From Vicugna vicugna (lineage: Eukaryota): a DNA stretch of 64,000 nucleotides. The DNA is taken from assembly GCA_013265495.1 (NCBI GenBank), contig MU058221.1, positions 2,666,001 through 2,730,000 on the forward strand. Reading direction: 5' to 3'. The notes below the pieces were generated by a model. It saw only the letters and a program-made list of their open reading frames with translations, was not told the DNA's origin and did not search any database. Shown piece by piece: positions 50,128-62,219 of this stretch; the first letter of the stretch is position 1, and each line of letters starts with the position of its first letter. A program made the translations under genes and the position numbers.

Positions 50128-50286
50128 CTTTATTTTATTTTATTTTATTTTATTTTATTTTATTTTGGAGGGGGAGGTAATTAGGTTTTATTAATTACTG
50201 TATTTTTCAGTGGAGGTACTGGGGATTGAACGCAGGACCTTGTGCATGCTAAGCATCTGCTCTACCACTGAGCTAGACCCACCTCC
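50128..50286 (-). mobile_element. Camelid tRNA-derived SINE (Vic-1-type) with (TTTTA)n tail
   Basis: (ttttа)n run, ggtaattagg, tggaggtactggggattgaacgcaggaccttgtgcatgctaagcatctgctctaccactgagcta. Confidence 0.9.
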
Positions 50287-51077
50287 AGTATAAATTTTTG
50301 TTTGTTTCTTTTATCTTCACGAAGCATTTTCCATTAAAACTTAAAAGTTTATTCTCCCCTCCCAGAGGCTCATTTTCTAACAAGGTTAAATATTTTTTTC
50401 TTCTTCTTCTTTCCTTCTTTACTTATTTATAGATAAAAGCACTGAAAGTCTATATTCTTAGTCAGATTCACTTTGATTCCTTCTTTCCAAGATGAATTCA
50501 AGTGTAATGAATCTCTTAAGCCAGACAAGGATTCTTGTTAAATATCACATCCTCTATTTCAGTTTAGTCCTCTACTTAATGGAAGACTGAACAGGTCCAA
50601 AGACTGCAATTTCTGCTTTATTTGGAGGAATGCCGGTATAAAGATCAATTACATCTTGATTGTTACATCCTTTATACACTTGATTGCTTAGGCGAGTATC
50701 AGTCCCATCATTTGAAGCGATCAGAATGCTTTCCCCATCTCAGAAGGAGAATAACTTGGTTCTGCACAATCAAAAATATATCACTGTAACTCTTCCCTTC
50801 TGAAAGATAGAGCTCTATTCTCTTGACCAGATAACTGAAGTGAGAAAGGCTGACATCGTGTTATTAACCAGCCCCCTAGACATTTGCTTACAATTAAGTG
50901 TGACGCATTGAAAGACGTGGTGAGAGAACTGCTTTAGTTCTCTACCAGCTCGAGAGCATAAACAATGTGAACCGGGGCTACAAGCTCCCTCAAGTATCGA
51001 TGGAAGAGAAATTCATTAAATCAGGTAAAATGGAGAGAAAGCTGCAGTGTCACTCATTTCAAATGCTCTCATCAAGT

Positions 51078-51405
51078 TGTATGTTGGTGTCTCCAAGAAG
51101 CAGCCCTAAGTCAAGGAATTGGATGCAAGGGTTTTTTTTTTTTTTTTATGAAAATGCTTTCAAAAGGAACCCCAAGGGAGTAGAAAAAGCAAAACCAGAA
51201 GGGGGAATAGGTCAAGCCAAGGTGAGATTTTTACCCAAACTTAGCCTGGAACTGAAAGCAAGCTCTGGAGCGTAAGTTACACCAGACCATCCTCAGAGGG
51301 TTGCAGGTACCAAGCACACAGACGTTGGGTGATGAACACAGGAAGCTCGGAAAGGAAGCTGCAGGGACTGGGGATTTGAGTGGCGTACCATCAGCGTCCA
51401 CGGCA
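51078..51405 (-). mobile_element. ERVL LTR16/LTR33-like solo LTR
   Basis: tctccaagaagcagccctaagtcaaggaattggatgcaaggg ... gctctggagcgtaagttacacc ... gggatttgagtggcgtaccatcagcgtcc. Confidence 0.6.
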
Positions 51406-53049
51406 CTCAGATGCTCAAGTTGAGACTGGAGAGCTTTTTTAGAGGTTGGTTTCTGTGAAATTGTCCAAGTTGATCATAACTCACTTTTTTCCTGAGGCTC
51501 TTAAGAGGACTAGTACAAAGGAAAGCATGGCTGTGGGGTCACAGACCCCAAGGTCTGAATCCTGACCCTGTCACTTACCAGTAAGCGGACACGCCTGGCC
51601 TGGAGTACACTGCACAACCCCTAAATACACACGTGGGCCTGTGCTCAGCACCGCTTCACAGGCACATCTGCCTCCTGGGAGGTGTGACCTGTGGCACTTT
51701 CCCACCACACATCCTTTGGACCTCAGTTTTGGACTTTGCTTCTCCAAGAATATTTTAATTGCCAAACATATCTCATTGCACAATGATGGGATTTAGCTCA
51801 ATTTCAAGGGATTCCTGGCATCAGACAAATGGTCACAGGATGCTTATTAGTGGAAACAGAAAGTCCTTCATCTTCCCCAAATCCTCTCTACGGATGCATC
51901 TGCCCCTTCAGCCTGCCCACCGGGCTGGCCCCTTTTCATACCCCCTTGGAAGAAGACTCTCCAAGGAAGCCTAAAGTCAAAGACAAATTATAAGACACTG
52001 CATTTATTTTCATTTTTTTCCTATCAAACACCTGACCTACAATTATTATTTTGTTCACTCTTCTTCCATGAAGCTGAGTTTAGTTTTCCCACTGCATCCC
52101 CTGATCCTAGGGGATTTGGCAGTTAGAGGCCAGCAGCCTGCCACGTGGGTCAGGGTCCAGGTTCCCCCAGGACCTCTCTGCTGAGTCCTCCACGTGTGCT
52201 CTGGTGGCTGTGGAAGGAAGGCAAATGGCCTTCTGGGGACCAGGCAGCCAGATGGAAGGGAATGGCTCTTCTTGGTCTTGAATGAGCAAGAGTCTTTTTC
52301 CTGAGTTGGTCATTAGCTCATCAAGTCAAGAAATTCTGCCAACTGCAAAATGAGACTTCAGAATCTTTCAGTGACAGGATACTATCGCTGGAAGGGTCTT
52401 TAGAAATTATCTTTTCCAATCTGCTCATTTCAGAAAAAAAAAAATGGACCGAAGCCCACATGGCTTAAATGGTTTTCTCATGATCACGTGGTACACAGAG
52501 CTGGGACCACCCTTTATGTCACCAGTGGTTGCCAAACTTATTTATTTATTAGCGTTATAACTTTTGTTTTGAACAAAATTGCGCTGTTAAGTATTCTGGT
52601 TGAAGCTAACCTGTACACGGCTGGGGACGGGGAAATTGGAAACTTATTTACATTCTTTTCTCCCTTTTTTTGGCTCTGTACCCAACCCCACAGACAAACA
52701 AGCCAACAAAACCCTCTGGTAGCCTGTAGAGACATTAGATCTATTCACGACGTTGTTTAGAAAGTCCTGCCTTCAACACACGTTTCCACCTTGGAATGGC
52801 CCCTTCCAAAAGGGAAGCCCTGGCCGCGCAGTTCAGTGCCAGGACTGGGTTGAGAGCCTGGAGGGAGGACAAGAGAAGCAGGAGGAAGAGCCACGTAGGG
52901 GCTGATTGGAGCCCAGCTCTCCCGAGCCCGGAAGCCGGAGTCCCGGGGGTCGTCTGCAAGGCCAAGCGGACGTGGCCGAACTGAAGTCGGGAGGCTGGAA
53001 CGAGGGTCAGGAGCTGGGCGGGGTCTGGATGGGAGGAAAGGTAGGGAAG

Positions 53050-53905
53050 TTGTATCAGCTTTCTATTGATGATTGTTTGGTTCAGATTATACAGTCACTC
53101 AGATGGCTAGAAACTCAGTGGCTTAAAACAATACAAGTTTATTATATCAAAGTTTCTATAAGTCAACAGTCTGGCCATGGTTGAGCTGGGTTCTCTGCTC
53201 AGGGTCTCCCAAGGGCTTAAACCAAGGTGTTGGCCAGGCTGAGTTCCTTTCTGGAGCTCAGGGTCGTCTTCCAAGCCCATGTGGTTGCTGGTAGAATTCA
53301 GGACCTTGTGGTGGCAGACCTAATGTTTCTGCTTCCTTGCCAGGGGCCATTCTCAGCTCCCAGAAGTCGCCCACTGTTCCCTGACCCATGGCCCTCTCTA
53401 AAACACGACAGTTTTCTTCTTCCTTAAGGTCATCAGGAGAGCATGTCTTTGATGCTTTACATTCTTTGAAAGACCTCAACTGATTATGTCAGGCTTACCC
53501 AGAAAAAAAACTCTTAAAAAAAATTCAACACCTATATTAGGATATGATTCCTGTACAGTAAACTATACGTATTTCAGATGTACAATTTGGTGAACTTTGA
53601 TAGATGTCTACACCCATGAAACCACCACCACAGTCAAGACAGCGAACGTTCCCATCCCTCCCCAAGAGGCGCACATTTCCAATTCCCAGTTCGTCCGTTC
53701 CCACCCCCTTTACCCCCGGTAACCATGTTTGTTCTCTGTGAGTCTGTTTCTGCAGAAAAACCTCTTTTGATGAACTCAAAGTCAACTGCTGTGTCACCTA
53801 GCATGAGAGTGTCAGTCGCATCGTAGTCACTCAAGGGGAGGGGGCTATGAAGGGGGTGTATATCAGAGTCTGGAATCTTGGGGCCATTTTTGAATTCTGC
53901 CTACA
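53050..53905 (-). mobile_element. MLT1E-type solo LTR interrupted by an L1-derived insert at 53516-53752
   Basis: cagtggcttaaaacaatacaagtttatt...ctgggttctctgctcagggtctc...gttgctggtagaattcag; resumes at aactcaaagtcaactg...gggccatttttgaattctgcctac. Confidence 0.85.
53516..53752 (-). mobile_element. Chimeric L1 insert: old L1M-type 3' end (53516-53670) plus young-L1 3'UTR segment (53671-53752)
   Basis: Near-TSD cagaaaaaaaactctt 53500-53515 / cagaaaaacctctt 53753-53766; the young part matches 25088-25187 of the L1 in this window. Confidence 0.7.
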
Positions 53906-53914
53906 GTACGAACG

Positions 53915-54147
53915 AGCAAGTGGACGTAAGGGCAAGCCTTCTGGTTTCAAGTCCAGGCTCCACCGCACAGAACCTGGAAGACCTTGATGATGGCACTGTC
54001 TTTAGCTCTCCTCCATTTCTCACCAGTAAGATGGGGCTAGTGATCATGCTTACATTTCGGGGTTATGGTGTAGATTCAATAGAATCATATGGAAAAACCA
54101 ATCGATCAGTGCCTGGCCAAGACCACTGCTTAATGAATGCCAGCTCT
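53915..54147 (+). mobile_element. MIR SINE
   Basis: ggtttcaagtccaggctccacc...ctccatttctcaccagtaagatggggctagtgat...cagtgcctggcca...gcttaatgaatgccagct. Confidence 0.7.
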
Positions 54148-54761
54148 TCAAGCAAGCAGCCCATGGCCGACCTTCTCTGAACTGTCAGTGCTCTGCGGGG
54201 TGCACTGGGTTAAGGCTCCAGAGTCAGGGCAGAAATGGGAGGTCATACAGCAGCTCAGAGCCCTGCTGGGGGAATACGACTCACAGGGCTGGCATCCCTG
54301 ATGCCCCACAAGCCCTCGAAAAGGATGCACTGTGTCCTTGTCCACCGGCTTGTCCTGGGTGGATGCCTCATGGAGCTTGGGGGCAAAGCAGAAGATGCCG
54401 TCCCAGCCCCAAGCCAAGCAGGGAGCATCAGGGTTGGCTCGGGGTTCGTGATGACATGATGTTTGAGCTGAGGCCCGAAGGCAGGCAGGTGGGATGTGGA
54501 CTGTCAGGGAGGCAGGTGGGAGGTGTTCTTGATGCCTGATGGGAAGCTCCAGCCTAGCACCTGGCCTGTCCCATGCACGGGAGAATGGCTTGTTTTTCTC
54601 TTCTCACACCCAGGCGAGCAAGTAACTAACGTATATTGTGTCACGATCCTATCGCGTTGGCAAAGTTCAATGAAACCTAATTATCTCATTTGACTATCCT
54701 TTAAGTCTGCTCATGGTCTCTAATGTGTACACACCAGAGTTAAACAAAGTACAAATGGAGA

Positions 54762-54890
54762 GGGGAGGACGCAGCTCAAGTGGTAGAGCGCATGCTTAGC
54801 ATGCACAAGGTCCTGGGTTCAATCCCCAGCACCTCCTCTGAAAAATAAACAAATAAGTAAATTTAATTACCCACCCTGCAAAAAAAAAAA
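54762..54890 (+). mobile_element. Camelid tRNA-derived SINE (Vic-1-type)
   Basis: ggggaggacgcagctcaagtggtagagcgcatgcttagcatgcacaaggtcctgggttcaatcccc; 17-nt TSD caaagtacaaatggaga 54745-54761 / caaagtgcaaatggaga 54893-54909. Confidence 0.93.
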
Positions 54891-55644
54891 TTCAAAGTGC
54901 AAATGGAGACCAAGCATATCAATGGCGGTCACCTCTTTTCTCAAAAATGATGCTATATGTCTTTCTCACCTGGACTCAAGGCTGTGTGTTCATTCGGTGG
55001 GGAGGACAAGGATAATATGAATGGATGTGATACCTCAAGCAGCCCAGCAGCGGGCCTGCGTGCACCTGCGGTGTGGCGGAAGGCAGCCCCCGTGTTTGTG
55101 GAGCCCAGTAAGCCACGCACATTTCCACTTACTGCACAAAATGCAGCTGCACAACTTTGCCGATCTCTTGCGAACTCACTTCCCACCCCACAAACGTACA
55201 TCCTGGCTGTGAGAATTTCCAGGTGCTTGCTTTCTTTAGCTATGTGCGCTGTGAAAATCAGTTAAAAAGTTAAGGGCTCTACCTTGTTTTTTGAGAATGC
55301 TGCAGCTGTTAGAGCCAGTTATAAAAGGTCTGGAAAGCGGTCTCAAGGGGTAGGTGGAGAATTTTCATCAGCTAGGTGATTTATAGTTCTGTTTGGTTCC
55401 TACTAGATGTCACGTATTCACAAAAAAAGTGACACCAGCGTCAGCTTCAGCCTTATTATTAGCGCACCACTGGAAACATCTTGGAAACAAAGAGCCAGCA
55501 AAAGATTCAGTGGGACTTTACAGGTACGTGAACCAGCTCTGAGGAAGAGCTAGCACGGGAGCATCAGCGGTCGCCGAAGGGCGTCCTCTCCTCTGAGGGA
55601 CCAGCGGAGTCAGGCAGACCGCTGTCAGCAGCAGTTACCGGTCA

Positions 55645-56170
55645 CAGTTACCGGGGAGGCTTCCTGGAGGAGTCAGCACTTGAGCTGGCTTCTTAAAGGA
55701 CGGGGAGAAGCCAGACACAGTGGAAGGCGATCCTGGGGGAATTCATCCCCCACGGGAAGACGAGTGTGAACACAAGCGCTCAGGCAGGGAGCAGAGTGTA
55801 AGCGGGCGCTTTCAGAGGCTCAGAGTTGTTGGAGGCCGATCAGTGAGGACGTGAGAGAGGCGTGTGGGGAGGAAAGGGCCAAGGAGGAGCCAAGGGCTGG
55901 GTGGATCATGACTGGCCTTGCGGGGGACTTTAAGGCATTTGGACCTTTGCGGCGGGGACGGGGATGGGGAGTGACTGAAGGGTCTGGGGCAGGGCAGTGT
56001 TAAAGGTAGACCTGCCTTTAAGGTGGGTCCTGAGTGGGATCTATCGCACATGCTCACTGCGCGGGGAAGGACTCAGAGGGCAAGACTGGAGACGGAGGCC
56101 AAGGAGGAGGTGGCGGAAATAACTTAGGCTGCAGCTGAGTAAGTTCTAAGGAGGTCTGACGTGGAGAGAG
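55645..56170 (-). mobile_element. L2 LINE fragment
   Basis: ggggaggcttcctggaggagtcagcacttgagctggc, taaggcatttggacctttg, gggcaagactggagacggaggccaaggaggagg. Confidence 0.7.
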
Positions 56171-56214
56171 GCAGACAAGGGTTCAGACACAGCTTTTTCA
56201 CTGGTTTCCTTTGC

Positions 56215-56705
56215 GTGGAAAGGATGACAGCATACCAGGTGCAAAAATGGGTGCAGAAGCCAGTTTTCCCCAGTTCACGTCCTAGCTCCATGGCTGCCCA
56301 TGTGACCTGTGCAAACTTCTCGGGCTCTTGGTGCCTTAATGCCCTCTCTGTAAAATAAAGATGAGGTTACAATGCGATCACATCTGTTAAGACACACGAA
56401 AGCCCGTAGATGAGTAAGAAGAGCGTCTGGCACATCGTAAATGCTCAATGTGTGTGAGTGGTCATTTCTAGGAAAGCGTTTAGCCTAGGAACTTGCATTT
56501 CCCAGCTGGACTCTGTGAGCTGGAATCCTGGCCCAGATACGTGTTACGTTACCATGGCAACTTAGCCACTCTGCACTTCAGTTTCTCCATCTGTAAGTGC
56601 AGGTTTACAGTATCATCTACCGCTTAGGGTTGGTGTAAGGATTAAGCATGGAAATATGCAGTAAGCACTTAGGAAGTGCCTGGGACGTAACAAGTGCCAA
56701 TGACT
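56215..56705 (+). mobile_element. Two adjacent MIR SINEs (about 56215-56460 and 56505-56705)
   Basis: tgtgacctgtgcaaac...ctgtaaaataaagatg...tggcacatcgtaaatgctcaat; cttcagtttctccatctgtaagtgcagg...ggattaagcatgg. Confidence 0.75.
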
Positions 56706-57503
56706 TTTTTAAAAAATTACCATCATCATCTAGGCAACTCTTTCATTTTGTCTTTTTCCACTTTTGGGCAGTAGGATTGAGAACTGATGTTTACTGATTC
56801 TACGTAAACTGAAATAGTGCCCACATACTTTGATTTTCTTGTATATTTTGAAAAGTTCTCATGATATAAAACTGCTTTGCCTGCTAAGTTAGTCTTAATG
56901 TTTCTATAAAAAAAGCCTGTAACAAGTTTACTAATCTTATTATTTCCTATCTGCATAGCACCTTTGACCCATACAAAAGGGAGGTGCAGTGTTTTCCTAA
57001 TTCTGGCCAAAGTTTTACTGAAAAATACTACTTGGCTCTGGTATTCACATAATCTATTTTGTAGGAAAGTGTCACTGCTGTCCTCCAGGAGGGCTGCTAA
57101 CTGCCAGGACCTGGGGGACAGCCTGGAATTTGGCATTTGGGCTGGGTCTTCAAACTTTAATGGAAAGCGCTCAATTTATTTCTACTTGCCTGAGTAGAAG
57201 ATACTCAGGCAATGTTACGAAGCTACTGGGTTGCCGGCTCTGGGTTACGTGCTATGAAGATGGAAACAAAGTGACTCAAAGAGCTTGTTGTCCAGGCAGG
57301 AAGACCTAACTGGTAGTGACGGGGCGATGAGCGAGCACCCCATCCTGTGAATGACCATAGAGGTGCTATGATTGCCCAGAGCTGCGGGAACAAGTAGTTC
57401 ACTGCACCCGAGCGAGGGCCAGACCTGGGTCAGCCCTGGCCACAAAGGCTTTTGCCTCTTGCCTCTTTAGAGAAGACATTTCCCACCTGGTGGCCTCAGT
57501 TTT

Positions 57504-59211
57504 TTTCTTTTTAATTGAAGTATAGTTGATTTACAGTGTTGAGTTAGTTTCTGATGTACAGCATAGTGATTCAGTCATACACACACACACACGTATATTT
57601 TTTCATATTTTTTTCATTATAGATTATAAGATTTTGAATATAGTTCCCAGTGCTATACTGTAGGACCTTGTTGTTTATTTTATATATAGTAGTTTGTATC
57701 TGCTGATTCCAAACTCCTAATGTATCTCTCCCCACTCTTCCCCTTTGGTAACCATAAGTCTATTTTCTATGTCTGTGAGTCTGTTTCTGTTTTGTAAATA
57801 AGTTCATTTGTCTCATTTTTTTTTAGACTCCACATATAAGTGATATCATGTGATATTTGTCTTTCTTGTCTTTCTCTGTCTGACTTACTTCAATTAGCAT
57901 TATTATCTCTAGTTTCATCCATGTTGCTGCAAAGGGCAATATTTCATTCTTTTTTATGGCTGAGTAATATTCTGTTGTGTGTATGAACCACATAGTCTTA
58001 AAGCAGTTGCCTGTTGATGGGCACTTGGGCTGCTTCCATGTCTTGGTTATTGTAAATAGTGCTGCTCTGAATGTTGGGGTGCATGTATCTTTTCAAATTA
58101 GTTTTTTTTTTTCATTTTGTTAATGGTTTCCTTTGCTGTGCAAAAGCTTTTAAGTTTAATTAGGTCCCATTAGTTTATTTTTGCTTTTATTTCTTTTGCC
58201 TTGGGAGACTGCTCTAGGAGAATATTGCTACATTATGTCAGAGAATGTTTTGCCTGTGTTCTCTTCTAGGAGATTTATGGTGTCCTGTCTTATGTTTACA
58301 TCTTTAAGCCATTTTGAGTTAATTTTTCTGTACAGTGCGAGGGAGCGTTCTAACTTCATTGATTTACATATAGCTGTCTAGCTTTCCCAGCACCACTTGC
58401 TGAAGAGATTGTCTTTTCTCCATTGTATATTTTTGCCTCCTTTGTCAAAGATTAATTGACCATAGGTGAGTAGGTTTATTACTGAGCTGTTCATTCTGTT
58501 CCATTGATCCATGTGTCTTTTCTTGTGTCAATACTGTGTTGTTTTAATTACCGGAGTTTTGTAGTTTTGTCCGAAGTCTGTGAGTGTTATGCCTCCAGCT
58601 TCATTCTTTTTCTTCAGTATTGCTTTGGTGATTCTGGATCTTTGTCATGCTATAAAAATTTTAGGATCATTTGTTCTAGTTCTGTGAAAAATGTCCTTGG
58701 TAATTTGATAGGGATCACATTAAATCTGTAGATTGCTTTGGGCAGTATGGCCACTTTAACAATATTAATTCTTCGAGAACATGGGATATCTTTCCATTTC
58801 TTTGAATTGTCTTTAATTTCTTTTACCAATGTTTTATAGTTCTCAGTGTTGAAGTCTTTCACTTCCTTGGTCAGATTTATTTCTATGTATTTTTTTTGAC
58901 ACGATTTTAAAAGGGATTTTGTTTTTTAACTTTCCATTTCTGATGTTTCATTGTTAGTGTAAATAAATGCAACAGATTTCTGTATGTTAATCTTGTATCC
59001 TACTAGCTTGTTGAATTCTTTTTTATCAGCTCTAGTCATTTTGTGTGGCACCTTTAGGATTTTCTATACATAGTATCACATCATCTACATATAGTGACAG
59101 TTTTACCTCTTCCCTTCCAATTTGGATCTCTTCTATTTCTTTTTCTTGTCTGATTGCTATGGCTAGGACTTCCAATACTGTGCTGAATAGAAGTGGTGAC
59201 AGTGGGCATCC
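57504..59211 (-). mobile_element. 5'-truncated L1 (ORF2 RT/C-terminal part + 3'UTR) with about 0.5-kb internal deletion, inserted in a MIR
   Basis: Minus ORF 58650-58862 [41 protein letters not shown] matches L1 ORF2p; TSD tggcctcagtttt 57491-57503 / tggcttcagtttt 59212-59224. Confidence 0.94.
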
Positions 59212-59924
59212 TGGCTTCAGTTTTGTTTTTAGTAAAGTGGGAGAGACACTAAATGATATGTAAGTCCACGTCCAACGTTTACACTTGTTGATTAAATGTG
59301 AGCTGAAGACTTTCTAGAAGCTTTCTAAAGACATGAGACTTCGGCATGTGAGGGTTTTTTTTTTTTTTTTGAAAGATTCGTATCTTTACCCTAAAAATAT
59401 GAACTTTCTGTGTTCTATCTTTTATCTATGGATCAGCTGATCAAACCATGATTTCTAGGTCCTCTACAGAATAGATTTCCTTGAATTGAGCTATGGGAGT
59501 TATACTAAGAAACCCAAGATTGCATTTATGGTGGAATGTGGGGGAGGAAACCACTGAGTTCTTCACACCGAGTTCCCTCCATGAAACAACATTTCCCCTT
59601 AGGGGCTTTTTTCTTGCTCTCAATGACAAGCTCATGTTTGACCTGCTCCCCCTTGACTTTGCATGCCGGGAAGCTCAGGGCCAGACTGGTGACTCAACAT
59701 GCTCATGGGTGATACATCCACATTTTGATGTTCCTGTTTACTTTCATTTCCTGATCTTTGTTTCTGCCTCTTGTTGCTTCTCCATGTCATTACTTACATG
59801 CCTCTAATCCACCTTTAACTATCTGTGGATCGAACTAAGCAGCCGTGTGTGGTAAAAAGAAGATTCAGGCGCCAACCACACAGTCTGTGCTCAGGAGAGT
59901 CTTCACTCTCCTGTGATAAAAATA

Positions 59925-60110
59925 GCACCTCGCATGGGTATAGCACATTTCAGTTCACAGAGCTCCTCGAATTGTCATTGCTACTTTGTGAAATGGGTGG
60001 GGAAGGTCTTTATTTTCCTCATTCTTCAGATGCAAAAACTGAAGCTTGAGGAGGTGAAGTGATTTGTCTTATGTTGCTTGGTGTCACAAGGGTGTAGGGT
60101 CAGGGTTCAG
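59925..60110 (-). mobile_element. MIR SINE fragment
   Basis: ttattttcctcattcttcagatgcaaaaactgaagcttgaggaggtgaagtgatttgtc. Confidence 0.7.
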
Positions 60111-60824
60111 GGACACTTTAGTGGGGACGTTTGTCAGACAAGGTTCAGGAAGAGGAGGCTCGCTGTCCCTAGTCCCTCATTATCCCTCAAAGAGGTGTGC
60201 TGAGTCTAGAACGAAGCTGACACCATGCAGTAAGACCCTAAGGGTGGGACAGTGCCCTGCTGATGCTGTCTTTTTGTGGCATAAGTATGGCAGTAGTCTT
60301 CCGTAGGGAAGTCGACCTACTGGGGAAAAATCAGACTGAATGCAGAAATCTTCTGTTCAAGGGAATGCTAGGTGATACCAGCTGCTTGGCACCTGAAAAT
60401 CTTGGGGCCCCTGGGGGTTTGAAGCCATGGTCAGCATAGAGCCTTGAATGGGGGAAGGGAGAGCTCAGGCTCCTGGGAAGATGTGGTCCCTCCTCCTGGG
60501 AGAATGGACGACACGAGGTCCATCTAGCTTATGGACGGGCACCACACAGGACATACCAGGCCAATTCCTGGGCAGTCCTACTTGTCTCCACATGTAGACA
60601 ATAGGGACTGGAAGCCAGGCCTTCTGACTCAGAATCACTGTTCTGCCACCATCACGATACTCTGGTTACAGGGCTGGGGCTATGCAGGCTGAAGAGCAGC
60701 AATTCCCACGGAGCTTCTCAGGACAGAAGTAATGGCTTCCTCTGTTCTGCTCATTGCACTGAATCCTTTACTCCATTAGATTTGGGTTGACCCACCTGTG
60801 TTTCCTCCCCCTCCATCCCTGATG

Positions 60825-60948
60825 ACTCTGTTGTGAGTCTCTACAGGGCAATGTCTATGTCCTACTAATTTTAGTAGATTCAGGATTTAATATAGTTTAT
60901 GACACACAATAGACACTTAATAAAAATATTTAGCTTATGAATTAATTA
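60825..60948 (+). mobile_element. L2 3' terminus
   Basis: tgtgagtctctacagggcaatg...gacacacaatagacacttaataaaaatatttagcttatgaattaatta. Confidence 0.6.
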
Positions 60949-62219
60949 GCCCTGTTACCTTTTTAATGAATTCCTCGGCATGCTTAAATGTGTATATGTG
61001 TCTGTCCAGTTACTGATTGATGTTTATTACAAACTGCCCCCCAAAAACTGGATATATCTTACTGATGATGGAGACCTGTTGAGATGCTCTTCCAATTACC
61101 TCGTGAAGCTACTCCCTTCTCTATAATCCCTTTTACTTCACAGCTCATCGTCTTTCATTTGAAATACTACACTGTTATCTAGTTGCCCTGTTTATCTCTC
61201 TCCTGTTCCTACTGTTCCTGTCTTCCACCTTGTTTCCCACTGCTACTGAGCTACCTGTCAGACCCTAAATACATCTGATGGAGTATTTCCAGTCATTCCT
61301 CAAGGCTCAGCTCAAACGTCAAGGATCCTGCACCTTGTGTACCAGACATGTCAGTGGTTTTCTGGGCTCTCTCCTAGGAGGAGGTACGGGCTTTAATTTT
61401 TGCTTCTGTGTGTCTGCTGTAAAACTGGTTAGATCCTCTGCAGTTTATTGACGATCATTAGTTATGACGGCCTTTGGGTCATTGAACATAAATTGACTTT
61501 CAGGCAAGAAACCTGAGACAGAATAACTTTTAGGGTCCAGGGCAAGGATTTGGGGCTATCGTGGCATAAGAGATACAAAATGAAACAGTAGCATCTGTAA
61601 TCCTGGAACTAGTCCCGGATTTCTGCTCAGTGTTCACGTGTGTCTCCACCGCCTTGTTCCCTATTATGCTCTCTGTGTCCCTAGCAGAAGACTCTGGTCT
61701 GTATGGTCTTTATCAGATCCACTCATAGAAAGGAATCTGCTAATGGTGATGCATGTCTTTGTTAGCAAAGAGCCACTGTGTTGTCTTTCCCAAGACACAC
61801 CTGCATTTTAGTCTCATCCCTCATCATGGAAGGAAAGGCTTGATGGCTACTCATAAAAGTCACAGTTTCAGAGATGGAAAGCTGTTAGAGATCTTTCTTC
61901 CAGGATAAATTTTACCTTGTCTACTAATATCAGTTGTATGGTTTGAGGGCTTTTATTCAAAATGACTGTGAAGCCACATCTAGGCACCATGAGCAAGGTG
62001 CTGGGGTTGTTAGCATGTCTGCCACGGTCATAGGTGAGTGCAAAGCATACCTCCGTGTCTCATACAACTTCTTCCCAGGGCAGGGAGCACCTCTTCAAAC
62101 AGATGGTCCTCTTACCGCTTTCTTAACACACCTATGGGCCAAGACTCTCTCTTTTATAACACGGGCTGTGGCATTGTATATTAACTATATATATATTATT
62201 GTCAAATTTCTTAAACCTC

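Noticed and set aside
54762..54835. tRNA gene (A/B boxes, tRNA-like head)
   Set aside because: Followed by an A-tail, flanked by a TSD and present as seven diverged copies, so it is a SINE
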